From positions 26,044-90,043 of the forward strand of contig CAKVFE010000002.1 of the NCBI GenBank assembly GCA_934746645.1: DNA of 64,000 nt, given 5' to 3'. Source of the stretch: an uncultured Clostridia bacterium. GTDB lineage: Bacteria; Bacillota; Clostridia; Christensenellales; UBA1242. This document shows positions 38,354 through 47,196 of this stretch, piece after piece (the first letter of the stretch is position 1; each line of letters starts with the position of its first letter). The position numbers and the translations under genes were made by a program. The notes under the pieces were generated by a model that had not been told where the DNA came from, made no database searches, and saw only the letters and a list, made by a program, of their open reading frames with translations.

Positions 38354-39052
38354 TTAATTTGTTTTACCTTTTTTATTAATATCATCTAAATAATCAAATC
38401 TATGTATGTACTCATTATATTGATGTTTTTCGTACTTTACAGCATCTTTAATAAATTTTAGTTGTTCGTCATTAAGTTTTGCTGTTTTTTCTCCAAGTTT
38501 CCATTTATCAGAAAAAGTTAGGATATCAATATCTCCTGCTTCAACTTTGGTTATTTTATTGCCAAGAGCGTGATACATAAGGGTTAGGAAAGTATATTCT
38601 TTTTCTGTACAATCTTCTTTATTGTTTGATACACCTTTAATTTTGCCAACAGGGCATATCATACCTTCAGAGTATGGAGTTTTTAATATATCAGCGTGAG
38701 CTTGTGCAAGTTGATATATGTATTTACCTAGTCCAGTACCTTGATAGTCATATCTTGTTTTAAAATAACAAATATAAATTCCACTATTATTAATTTGATA
38801 TCTGATAAGTGCAACTGGATCTAAAGGGTGCTTTTCGTCTTGCAATATTATTTGGCAGTTTCTTGTTTGAAAATCGTTTATAGAAAATGAAACAATAAAT
38901 TTTCTTTTTGCTTTATCAACATAAACAATATTTGATGGTTCTTCTTTACCGTCATCTTTTAAAATAGATTTAAGCAAAAATGTATAGTTTATATCCAAAT
39001 TGGTATCAGTATCAACACTTTTTGTATCGTCAACGAATTTTGATTTATCCAT
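38354..39052 (-). CDS. GNAT-motif paralog 2 (232 aa)
   Basis: YDYQGTGLGKYIYQLAQAHAD, ICPVGKIKGVS, FLTLMYHALGN, KLNDEQLKF. Confidence 0.8.
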   Translation of the reverse strand: MDKSKFVDDTKSVDTDTNLDINYTFLLKSILKDDGKEEPSNIVYVDKAKRKFIVSFSINDFQTRNCQIILQDEKHPLDPVALIRYQINNSGIYICYFKTRYDYQGTGLGKYIYQLAQAHADILKTPYSEGMICPVGKIKGVSNNKEDCTEKEYTFLTLMYHALGNKITKVEAGDIDILTFSDKWKLGEKTAKLNDEQLKFIKDAVKYEKHQYNEYIHRFDYLDDINKKGKTN

Positions 39053-39053
39053 A

Positions 39054-39710
39054 TTATTTACTCTTATCCTTTTTATTTTTTGATTCTAGATATTTTTGGT
39101 TTTGTTTCATTTCGTACTCAACCATTTTTTCTAAAAATTCTTTTTGGTTTTCGTCTAACTTTTCTAACTTTTGTCCGTGTTTCCAGTTGTCTTCAAATGT
39201 TAAGTCAACACCTTGATAATTACTTTTTTCTATTATCTTATTACCAAGAGCGTGATACATAAGAGCTAAAAATTTAAATTCTTTTTCAATGCTATCATCA
39301 CTATCTGAAGATACACCTTTTATATCATCAACAGGGCAGATATAACCATCTGAAAATTTAAGACCAAGTTTGTCAGCGTGTGCTTGAGCAAGTTGGTACA
39401 AGAATTTGCCAAGTCCAGTACCTTGATAATCATATCTTGTTTTAAAATATGAGATGTGCATACCATAATCTCTAAGTTCGTATCTTATAAACGATACAGG
39501 CTCAACTATAGTAGTAGGTCCATCTACCAATGAAATTTGGCAAAGTCGACCCATTTTTGCACTGTACTTAAAAGTTATTATCAAATCTCTTTTTGCTTTA
39601 GGTACATATATTAGTTGAGCAGGTGAGCCAACTCCGTTGTAGGATTTTGCCCATTTTATTGTGTCTTTTTCTTCTTGAGTTAGTGGTCTTGTGTTTTTAT
39701 CTTTTGACAT
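39054..39710 (-). CDS. GNAT-motif paralog 3 (218 aa)
   Basis: YDYQGTGLGKFLYQLAQAHAD, ICPVDDIKGVS, FLALMYHALGN, KLDENQKEF. There is a 1-nt gap to paralog 2. Confidence 0.8.
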   Translation of the reverse strand: MSKDKNTRPLTQEEKDTIKWAKSYNGVGSPAQLIYVPKAKRDLIITFKYSAKMGRLCQISLVDGPTTIVEPVSFIRYELRDYGMHISYFKTRYDYQGTGLGKFLYQLAQAHADKLGLKFSDGYICPVDDIKGVSSDSDDSIEKEFKFLALMYHALGNKIIEKSNYQGVDLTFEDNWKHGQKLEKLDENQKEFLEKMVEYEMKQNQKYLESKNKKDKSK

Positions 39711-39722
39711 TTCTTTTTGTCC

Positions 39723-40313
39723 TTATTTAGTCTTTTCTATTTTTAAGTTTAATTTATTATCATATTCAAGCATTGAATCCAAAAATTTTAATTGTTCATT
39801 ATTTAGTTTTGCTATCTTTGTATTTGGTTTCCAGACATCTTTAAATGAGTCTAATTGTATACCGGGATATAAATCAGATTCATTTTGTATTTGATTGCCA
39901 AGTGCGTGATACATTAGCTTTAAAAAATTCATTTCTGTTTCGTATGTTTCTTGTGGTGTCCCAGTAATGCCTTTTATTGCTCCAATAGGGCTAATAATAC
40001 CATGAGAACAACATATTTTATACTTATCGGCGTGAGCTTGAGCAAGTTGATACAAGAATTTACCTATGCCTTTACCTTGATAGTCATAATCAGTTTTAAA
40101 AGAAGATATATAGCATTTGTCTTCGTGTAAGTCATATTCAATAGTTGATATTGGGTCAGTTGATTCAACATCATATAGAATTAAGTCAGCATAAATATCT
40201 TTTCTTCTATATCTTAAAACATAATCCTTATCAGCTCTATCAATATGTACTTTTTTAATATATGATGAAGGGTATCTTCTTGTAAGTCTTTCTTCCAATT
40301 CATCTATAATCAT
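39723..40313 (-). CDS. GNAT-motif paralog 4 (196 aa)
   Basis: YDYQGKGIGKFLYQLAQAHAD, ISPIGAIKGIT, FLKLMYHALGN, KLNNEQLKF. Confidence 0.8.
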   Translation of the reverse strand: MIIDELEERLTRRYPSSYIKKVHIDRADKDYVLRYRRKDIYADLILYDVESTDPISTIEYDLHEDKCYISSFKTDYDYQGKGIGKFLYQLAQAHADKYKICCSHGIISPIGAIKGITGTPQETYETEMNFLKLMYHALGNQIQNESDLYPGIQLDSFKDVWKPNTKIAKLNNEQLKFLDSMLEYDNKLNLKIEKTK

Positions 40314-40326
40314 AGTTTACTTCCAA

Positions 40327-41016
40327 TTATTTTTGATTGTTATTAATTTTTGCATCAAGAGTTTGTGTACTTTTATATTGTATTATTCTTTCGTATTTTA
40401 ACATTGAGTTGACAAATTCTTTTTGCTCAGTATTTAATTTTTCATATTTTTGGTTGTGTGTCCAACTATCTCTAAATTTTGTTATTGGTTTACCATTACT
40501 TTTGGATTCGATAATAGTATTGCCAAGAGCGTGATACATAAGTGCTAAAAATTTGCGTTCTGCTTTGTCAGAATCTACACCAGATTTTGTTACACCTTTA
40601 ATATCATCTAGGGGAGAGATTACACCATAAGAATTATTGATGTTGGTGCAATCCATATGTGCTTGAGCTAATTGGTAGATATATTTGCCTATACCTTTAC
40701 CTTGATAGTCATAACTTGTTTGAAAATGAGCTATATAGTATTCTCTTTGTTTTTCAAAAGAAATTATTTTTTCATCACTATTAGGATTGTTGCTGTATGT
40801 AGTAACTGGGTTTTCTGTAAGTTGATACCATATTTGTGCTATTGGAGCAAAACATCTTATTTCGTCCATAACCAAAATTTTGCAAGTCTTAAATGGTGGC
40901 ATTTCTTTAGTAAATGCCAATAAAAAATTCTTTTGTGCTTTTGGTATATACACAATTTTTGTTGGCATATTAGGATTGCAAAATTTAATTTTCTCTTGAA
41001 GTTCTTCTAATGTCAT
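40327..41016 (-). CDS. GNAT-motif paralog 5 (229 aa)
   Basis: Start moved to the ATG at 41016 (GGAG 8 nt upstream). YDYQGKGIGKYIYQLAQAHMD, ISPLDDIKGVT, FLALMYHALGN, KLNTEQKEF. It has a ~20-aa insertion before the motif strand. Confidence 0.8.
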   Translation of the reverse strand: MTLEELQEKIKFCNPNMPTKIVYIPKAQKNFLLAFTKEMPPFKTCKILVMDEIRCFAPIAQIWYQLTENPVTTYSNNPNSDEKIISFEKQREYYIAHFQTSYDYQGKGIGKYIYQLAQAHMDCTNINNSYGVISPLDDIKGVTKSGVDSDKAERKFLALMYHALGNTIIESKSNGKPITKFRDSWTHNQKYEKLNTEQKEFVNSMLKYERIIQYKSTQTLDAKINNNQK

Positions 41017-41046
41017 TTTCAAAACTCCATAATATATCTTATATAT

Positions 41047-41075
41047 ATAATATCATATATATGTCCATTTGTACA
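41047..41075 (-). promoter_or_regulatory. sigmaA-type promoter of the paralog 5-2 operon
   Basis: Minus strand: TGTACA, a 17-nt spacer, then TGaTATTAT. Confidence 0.5.
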
Positions 41076-41189
41076 TACCCATATTTTTCAAAATTTGATA
41101 TTTTTATATAAATTTTAATTGTTTATTTATAGAGTTTTGACAAAGTAAGTCAATAATGTTATTAATAAATATATACTATGGAGAAAAAT

Positions 41190-41828
41190 ATGAATAGATT
41201 TAGTTTTAATCAAACTAGAAAGATAAGAAAACAATTATTGCAAGTCAATTGTGGTAAAGACCATATTTATATGAAAGGTAATAATAATGTTATTATTTCT
41301 GTACCACACGGAGTAAGTCAAACAAGATTGGGTAAGCACAAAGTCGCTGAGTTGGGTACAATACCTATGGGTATTATTGTCGCCGATAACACTAATTCAC
41401 ATTTGATTGTAAAAACAAAAAATAATTTTGATGACGCCAATTTTGATAAAGATTGTTTTTATAGAGAAGATTTAAAACAAATTATAAAAGACAATAATAT
41501 TAAATATTTGATTGACTTCCATGGATTGGCTAGGTGGAGAAGTATGGATGTCAATTTGGGTACTCATTTAGAAAATAATGTCGCTATCAATAGACCATTG
41601 TTTGACAAATTGTGTGATAGATTAAATCAAAATTTTGTGGTAGAAATAGATAAGCCTTTTATGGCATCATATACAACTATTAGTGGATATTTTTCAAAAG
41701 AGTTGGGTATATGGACAATACAGATTGAGATAAATTCTGGTATTACCAACGACCCAAAAAATATTGAAAAATTTAATTTGTTGGCAAGCACTTTGATAGA
41801 TTGGATTAATAATGATATTGTAGTTTAA
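41190..41828 (+). CDS. Putative zinc amidohydrolase of the N-formylglutamate amidohydrolase/PghP-like fold (tentative)
   Basis: Start probably at the ATG at 41190 (GGAG upstream). VIISVPHGVSQTR and YLIDFHGL resemble the metal-ligand blocks of that fold. The call is weak. Confidence 0.3.
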   Translation: MNRFSFNQTRKIRKQLLQVNCGKDHIYMKGNNNVIISVPHGVSQTRLGKHKVAELGTIPMGIIVADNTNSHLIVKTKNNFDDANFDKDCFYREDLKQIIKDNNIKYLIDFHGLARWRSMDVNLGTHLENNVAINRPLFDKLCDRLNQNFVVEIDKPFMASYTTISGYFSKELGIWTIQIEINSGITNDPKNIEKFNLLASTLIDWINNDIVV

Positions 41829-42000
41829 TTGTTATTAACTGATATTTTGTATGCTATTTTATTTAATTGTTTTTTACTCAGTTTTTTAGTATTAATAAGT
41901 TTTTAATGTTATTAATTAATGTGTTATTGATATTTAAAAAATTGACAAAAGTATATAATAAATTTTATTATATATAATAAATATAAAAGGAGTGTTTTAT

Positions 42001-43062
42001 ATGAAAAAAATTAAAGTAGCCCAAATTGGTTGCGGAAAAATGAGTAAGTATACAATGAGATATGTATACGAGAAAGATGGAGAAATTGTCAGTGCTTTTG
42101 ATATCAATCCAGACCGTATTGGCAAAGACATCTCTACAGTAATGGGTGGAGAAGAAAGGGGAGTAAAAATCTCTGATGTTAAAGATTTGGAAAAAGTATT
42201 GAAAAAGACAAAACCAGATATTGCTATTGTTACTACAATGAGTTTAATGTCTGACCTAGAAGATGTATTTACTATCTGTGCTAGTCTTGGTGTAAATGCA
42301 ATTTCAACTTGCGAAGAAGCGTTTTATCCTTGGAACTCTTCTAAGAAAATCACAAAGAAAATTGATAAACTAGCAAAAGAAAACAATTGTACAATTTGTG
42401 GTAGTGGATATCAAGATTATTCTTGGGGTACACTAATAACATCTTTGTGTGGCACTACACAAAGTATTAAAAAGATTAAAGGTAGATCTAGCTATAATGT
42501 AGAAGATTATGGTATCGCATTAGCACAAGTACACGGTGCTGGATTAGACCTAGAAACTTTTGATAAAGAGATAGCTTCTGTTGACCGTATGTCAGATGAA
42601 GATAGAAAAAAATTGATTGATAGTGGAAAATATTCACCATCATATATGTGGACAGTTAATGGCTGGTTGTGTGAAAAATTAGGACTTACTGTTACAAGAC
42701 AAACACAAAAATGTGTTCCTCAAACATACAAAAAAGATTTGGTATCAAAGACCCTTGATATGAAAATAAAGAAAGGTTATGCTACTGGTATGAGTGCTGT
42801 TGTAACAACCGAAACAAAAGAAGGTATTGTTATTGAAAGCGAATGTATTGGTAAAGTATATGGACCAGACGAATTTGATGTCAACGAATGGACAGTAGAA
42901 GGTGAGCCAACAACTACAGTTACTGTTAATCGTCCAGCTACAGTAGAACTTACTTGTGCTACAGTTGTTAATAGATTGAAAGATGTTATCGAAGCACCTA
43001 GTGGTTATGTAACAACTGACAATATGAAAGATATTCACTTTGTTCAAAAATTATATAAATAA
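42001..43062 (+). CDS. NAD(P)-dependent dehydrogenase of the DapB-like / 2,4-diaminopentanoate dehydrogenase type
   Basis: Start at the ATG at 42001 (SD AAGGAG). The N-terminal Rossmann segment is KIKVAQIGCGKMSKY. Size (~353 aa) and layout fit the amine-dehydrogenase/DapB-N family. Confidence 0.45.
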   Translation: MKKIKVAQIGCGKMSKYTMRYVYEKDGEIVSAFDINPDRIGKDISTVMGGEERGVKISDVKDLEKVLKKTKPDIAIVTTMSLMSDLEDVFTICASLGVNAISTCEEAFYPWNSSKKITKKIDKLAKENNCTICGSGYQDYSWGTLITSLCGTTQSIKKIKGRSSYNVEDYGIALAQVHGAGLDLETFDKEIASVDRMSDEDRKKLIDSGKYSPSYMWTVNGWLCEKLGLTVTRQTQKCVPQTYKKDLVSKTLDMKIKKGYATGMSAVVTTETKEGIVIESECIGKVYGPDEFDVNEWTVEGEPTTTVTVNRPATVELTCATVVNRLKDVIEAPSGYVTTDNMKDIHFVQKLYK

Positions 43063-43077
43063 AAAATACGATAATAA

Positions 43078-43109
43078 AAAACACTTTCTAATATAGAGAG
43101 TGTTTTTTT
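43078..43109 (+). terminator. Rho-independent terminator
   Basis: AACACTTTCT...AGAGAGTGTT hairpin plus a T-run. Confidence 0.55.
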
Positions 43110-43192
43110 ATTGAGTACTTAACAATAACATAAAAATTAAAAACAATAAAAACTGTAAAGACTTTTAAAATTACAATAATACAATTAAAGTA

Positions 43193-43429
43193 TTAATTAA
43201 AAAAATATTTTTTTATTATTGCATATAGTATCCAGTTGTTTATGTAATTTTTCCTAGTTGGAGTATAAGGAGAGATAAAGTTAAGATTTTTTGGAAAATA
43301 CTTAGGCTTAATATATTCTGGTTTTTTATTTAATGTTGTTGTAACAATATTGCTTACAATAGTTATTGTTTCGTTATTCCTTGATTGATTTGCAGGATAT
43401 TGCAATTTTGCTTGATTGGTTAATATCAT
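43193..43429 (-). CDS. Small Lys/Tyr/Pro/Asn-rich hypothetical protein
   Basis: 78 aa with no TM or signal peptide and a weak SD. Divergent from the DUF11 gene. Confidence 0.35.
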   Translation of the reverse strand: MILTNQAKLQYPANQSRNNETITIVSNIVTTTLNKKPEYIKPKYFPKNLNFISPYTPTRKNYINNWILYAIIKKYFFN

Positions 43430-43476
43430 AATATTTTCTCACTTATTTTTTTATATATTTTAGTCTATTACAATTA

Positions 43477-43504
43477 ACCATTTATTGTGAGTTGGCATAG
43501 TATA
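43477..43504 (+). promoter_or_regulatory. Candidate sigmaK-type (late mother-cell) promoter
   Basis: AC (43477-78), a 17-nt spacer, then CATAGTATA (43496-43504), which fits AC-N17-CATANNNTA. It sits about 37 nt before the DUF11 gene start. The consensus is degenerate and the match is by eye. Confidence 0.3.
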
Positions 43505-43540
43505 CAATAGCAAAGCAAATCTATATAAAAGGATAATAAT

Positions 43541-43933
43541 ATGGCTGAAGTTCAATTAATTAATAAAGTAGATGTTGCAGGTAATTATGGCGATGACAAT
43601 GTACCAGTAACATTTTCTAGTGCAGATGTAACAACAACTATTGTTCAAGGTTTAACTGTTACTAAAAGTGCAAATAAAAATTATTGGGTTGACGGAACAT
43701 TACTATATACAATAGTGGTAGACAATCAATCTGGAGCAAAATTGTCAGGTGGTACAGTAACTGATGTTTTGGATACTACAAAAATTGTATTTGATACCGA
43801 TTTTGGTGTAACAATCAATGGCGAAAAAACAACCAACTTTACCTATAATGATGGTACACTTACAGTAACATTACCAGATGTTTTGGATACTTCCAATGCA
43901 ACAATTGCTTTCCAAGTAACAAAGATTGTTTAA
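43541..43933 (+). CDS. Single DUF11 (conserved repeat domain, TIGR01451-like) protein without a signal peptide
   Basis: 130 aa. LTVTKSANKNYWVDGTLLYTIVVDNQSGAKLSGGTVTDVL matches the DUF11 pattern (l.v.K...v..G..l.Yti.v.N.G...a..v.v.D.l). Confidence 0.6.
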   Translation: MAEVQLINKVDVAGNYGDDNVPVTFSSADVTTTIVQGLTVTKSANKNYWVDGTLLYTIVVDNQSGAKLSGGTVTDVLDTTKIVFDTDFGVTINGEKTTNFTYNDGTLTVTLPDVLDTSNATIAFQVTKIV

Positions 43934-43996
43934 TTGATTATTTCAAACATCTATTATTGAAAAGTATAAATTTAATAGTATTGTACTTTTATAAAA

Positions 43997-44025
43997 AAGA
44001 CATTATTAATTAATGTCTTTTTTTG
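43997..44025. terminator. Bidirectional terminator between convergent genes
   Basis: AAGACATTA/TAATGTCTT stem flanked by A- and T-runs. Confidence 0.6.
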
Positions 44026-44064
44026 TTTTGTCTTTAATTTAAATATAATTTACTAAAAATATTT

Positions 44065-45918
44065 TTATTCTATTTCTTTTATGGTCCACAATAATTGTGT
44101 GGTATATTTGCCAGCAGAATATAGTTTTTTGTCATCAACATACAATAGTATGCCATTTTCTTTACTCCAAGTGATATTAGTAACTTTTGGTGGTGTATCC
44201 CAATCTCCAGTATATACTAATAATGGAGTATTAGTTATAACTGTATTTAAATTGTTGTTATTGTATACTATACAATCATCTATAGTGTTAGTATCAGAGT
44301 GTAATTGTTGGTCTATATATACATACAATTCCCATTGACCACCAGATGTTCTAGTATCTGTAACTTCTATAGACCAGTTGGGATTGATACGATTGATAAT
44401 GTTTTTATTATATGGGACACCAATACTATAATAGTCCAAATTTTCTATCTTTGTTATTGATACACTTCCAACACTTATTACACTTATATTTTTAGTCAGC
44501 ATATTGTGATTGGCACTTATTTCTATTTTTGTTCCAACTGGTATTTTGTCTAAGATATCTAAGTTGTATTGTCCATTTTCTTCTGCAGTGCCCGTTAATG
44601 TTGTGCTGTCATATACAGCTTTCATATTAGATGTGGATTCAGACATTCCAGAAATTGCAGTAGATATATCACTTACTTTTTCTGCTGTTAAAATTAAGTT
44701 TCCCATACTAATAACTTTAGATGTTAAAATATTTAAAGTACTTGTTGTCATTGGATAACCTGTGTCTTCTTCGACTAAATTGTTTTGAGTTGAAATAAGG
44801 GCAGTGTTAGTTGAAGTTATGTTGACGACAATATCACTTTCATAGTTGTATTTAAAAAACTCTTTGATTGGTATATCGTCAAAAGTTCCTGCGCTTGCCA
44901 ATGGGGTTTTGGCTGTATTCCATAATCTTAACATTTGAGTAGTTATATCTATTTTATTTGGACTTGCACTTGTGCCAGTTTGAAAACTAAATACATTACC
45001 ACCATTGTTGTAGAGTATGATACTTTTTGGATTGTTAAAGACAAGGTTAGACGCTTTAGCAAAATACATAAGTGATGCCGAACCTGACGCTGGAGAATAC
45101 AAATGGAATGTTGTGTTATTGCCAATTGTGCAACTAGAAATACATTTAAACATTGGTGTTGAATTGCTAGCAGTTTGTGTTGAAATAAAACTTGAACCAT
45201 CTTGCATTGTAAACGAATTGGCAATGTGAGATGTTGTTCCGGTTGAATAAAATAGACCATTGAGTGTATTTATTTTTGTGTAGGAATTAGCATTTAAAAG
45301 TATATCAGGTTGACTATCTGTATATAAAAAGTATGTTGATGGTGCATCAACAATAAAGGTTGCATTTTCTGCTACTTCCAATCTAGAATTGGCATTAGTA
45401 AACCATATCACTGCAGTAGATGTTGTTTCTGATGTTACTTGTGTGTTGCCAGAAATATATAGTCTATTTGCTTCACAAAATTCTTGCGAGTTGGTAGACG
45501 AATTGTTTTTAGATAGTTTTACAATACAATCAACTATTTTGGTTGTACCATTTTTATTGTATACAAATTGTGGACCTGTATAATTAATGTTGTCCAAAAC
45601 AATAGTTGTGTTGGTGTTTCCGTCATAGACACCTATAACACCATAATAATTTCGACCATTCCATATAGCGTTTTTTGCTGTTATAGTTATTGTTGCTGTT
45701 GTCCCAGATTGTACATAAATAGTGTCGGTAAAAGTTGACGAATTATTGTCAGTTATATTGTGTCCACCAAAATCAATAGTTACATCGCCTTTAGTAGTAT
45801 TTATTCTAGCTCCGCCACCACTAAATACAATATCTTGCGTAACAATTATATCTGTAGAAGTTGTGTCTTCTATGGCTGTTTTTAACTCTGAAAAAGTACT
45901 TACATTTATTGTTGCCAT
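44065..45918 (-). CDS. Beta-helix (pectate-lyase-like adhesive domain) protein with a WxL-like C-terminal domain and no signal peptide
   Basis: 617 aa. The N-cap STFSELKTAIEDTTSTDIIVTQDIVF is followed by long N/T/S-rich beta-solenoid-like sequence. The C-terminus has VTDTRTSGGQWELYV and ends YTTQLLWTIKEIE (the two WxL-type motifs). SD AAGGA is present and an in-frame stop lies just upstream of the ATG. Confidence 0.6.
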   Translation of the reverse strand: MATINVSTFSELKTAIEDTTSTDIIVTQDIVFSGGGARINTTKGDVTIDFGGHNITDNNSSTFTDTIYVQSGTTATITITAKNAIWNGRNYYGVIGVYDGNTNTTIVLDNINYTGPQFVYNKNGTTKIVDCIVKLSKNNSSTNSQEFCEANRLYISGNTQVTSETTSTAVIWFTNANSRLEVAENATFIVDAPSTYFLYTDSQPDILLNANSYTKINTLNGLFYSTGTTSHIANSFTMQDGSSFISTQTASNSTPMFKCISSCTIGNNTTFHLYSPASGSASLMYFAKASNLVFNNPKSIILYNNGGNVFSFQTGTSASPNKIDITTQMLRLWNTAKTPLASAGTFDDIPIKEFFKYNYESDIVVNITSTNTALISTQNNLVEEDTGYPMTTSTLNILTSKVISMGNLILTAEKVSDISTAISGMSESTSNMKAVYDSTTLTGTAEENGQYNLDILDKIPVGTKIEISANHNMLTKNISVISVGSVSITKIENLDYYSIGVPYNKNIINRINPNWSIEVTDTRTSGGQWELYVYIDQQLHSDTNTIDDCIVYNNNNLNTVITNTPLLVYTGDWDTPPKVTNITWSKENGILLYVDDKKLYSAGKYTTQLLWTIKEIE

Positions 45919-46027
45919 ATTAGTATCCTTTTGTTTTAATTAGGTAGAGTTATCTACAATATATAGTATTAAAAATTTATTGCTAATTGTGAGTAGTGCG
46001 TTATAATAATGCTAATAGGTTAAGGTA

Positions 46028-46060
46028 TAAAAAAAGTACCTATGTATTGTAGGTACTTTT
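46028..46060 (-). terminator. Rho-independent terminator after the metalloprotease gene
   Basis: AGTACCTA/TAGGTACT stem. The plus-strand A-run gives the minus-strand T-run. Confidence 0.55.
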
Positions 46061-46093
46061 ATTTAATATTAAATTGTTTTTGATATTATAATG

Positions 46094-46981
46094 TTACATT
46101 ATAGTTTCTCTATCTTTTTTATTTTCATCATTTAGGGCAGTGGTAGAGAAAAGTTCTTTTGGAACTATAGTATAATAAGCTCTAACATCGGTATTTTTAT
46201 CTTCTTTATCAGGGTAGATAGTATTGATACGCTTAATATCATTCATAGACAATGTCAATCTATCAATGCTAGGGAACATTAAATCATTAGGGTTTTTACT
46301 ATGTTGAAGACCAATTACATGTCCCATTTCGTGTTGTACTACAGATGATAGTAAAAATCGTGGAACTTTTTCTGTATCTACACAGATATAACCGCTAATA
46401 GTTTTATCATCAAGCTCTCCAACAGTTGCATAAGCTAATGTTGAACCAGATATTTTTTCAGGGTAAACACCAACATCAAACTTAGCACCTTTTGTTTCAC
46501 CATAAGATATCTCAAAAGAAATACCTTTTGCTTTTTTATCAAATGTTTTAAAAGCATTTTCTATTGTGTCTTTATATTTAACATCAATTTTGTCTGATAT
46601 TCTTATTCTTACAGGGTGATCGTTATAATATCCTGCTTCAACTACTGAGTTTTGTCTATAATCTCTTTCTTCAAAATCTAAACCACCTTCAATTGCTGTA
46701 AGGGCATAGTTAGAACCTCTAGCTATTACTATTAGACCTAAACCAGTACCACCAGCTATTGCATTGGCTTTTACAAAGTATTTAACTACATTTTTAAGTT
46801 TTTCGTGTCTTTCTTCTTTTATAATTTGTTTTAGTCTTTTTTCACGAGCAACTTTTTCCATTTGCTTTTTCAATTCGCTTTCTTTTTTGTGGTCGACAAT
46901 ATATTTAATGTTGTCTAGTCTTTCTTGTTCTTCATCGTATTCTTTATTAGCATTCCAAGTTTTCATATCAACTACTTTCAT
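46094..46981 (-). CDS. Membrane-anchored matrixin-like (M10 metzincin) zinc protease
   Basis: 295 aa. HEMGHVIGLQHS (HExxHxxGxxH) with the Met-turn LMFP. A charged N-terminal region is followed by the TM VKANAIAGGTGLGLIVIA. Confidence 0.75.
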   Translation of the reverse strand: MKVVDMKTWNANKEYDEEQERLDNIKYIVDHKKESELKKQMEKVAREKRLKQIIKEERHEKLKNVVKYFVKANAIAGGTGLGLIVIARGSNYALTAIEGGLDFEERDYRQNSVVEAGYYNDHPVRIRISDKIDVKYKDTIENAFKTFDKKAKGISFEISYGETKGAKFDVGVYPEKISGSTLAYATVGELDDKTISGYICVDTEKVPRFLLSSVVQHEMGHVIGLQHSKNPNDLMFPSIDRLTLSMNDIKRINTIYPDKEDKNTDVRAYYTIVPKELFSTTALNDENKKDRETIM

Positions 46982-47196
46982 AATATATTCTCTCTTTTTT
47001 TAAAAATTTACATTAATATTATACCCCTTTATTGTCAATTAGTCAATATGACCATATTTGAAAGTTTCAATTTCAATAATAAGTAAGTTATATATGTTAG
47101 CTATTGCATATTGGCATACAATCATTTCTTTGACATTAAATATTAAAAGTTGTAATATTTTGGTGTATAAATTATTTTTATAAAGGGGATATAAAA

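Noticed and set aside
43484-45994. Shared 9-mer ATTGTGAGT in the upstream regions of the DUF11 gene (43484-43492) and the WxL-like gene (45986-45994)
   Set aside because: A single 9-mer shared in 64 kb of AT-rich DNA is within chance expectation. Its orientation relative to the two genes is also inconsistent.
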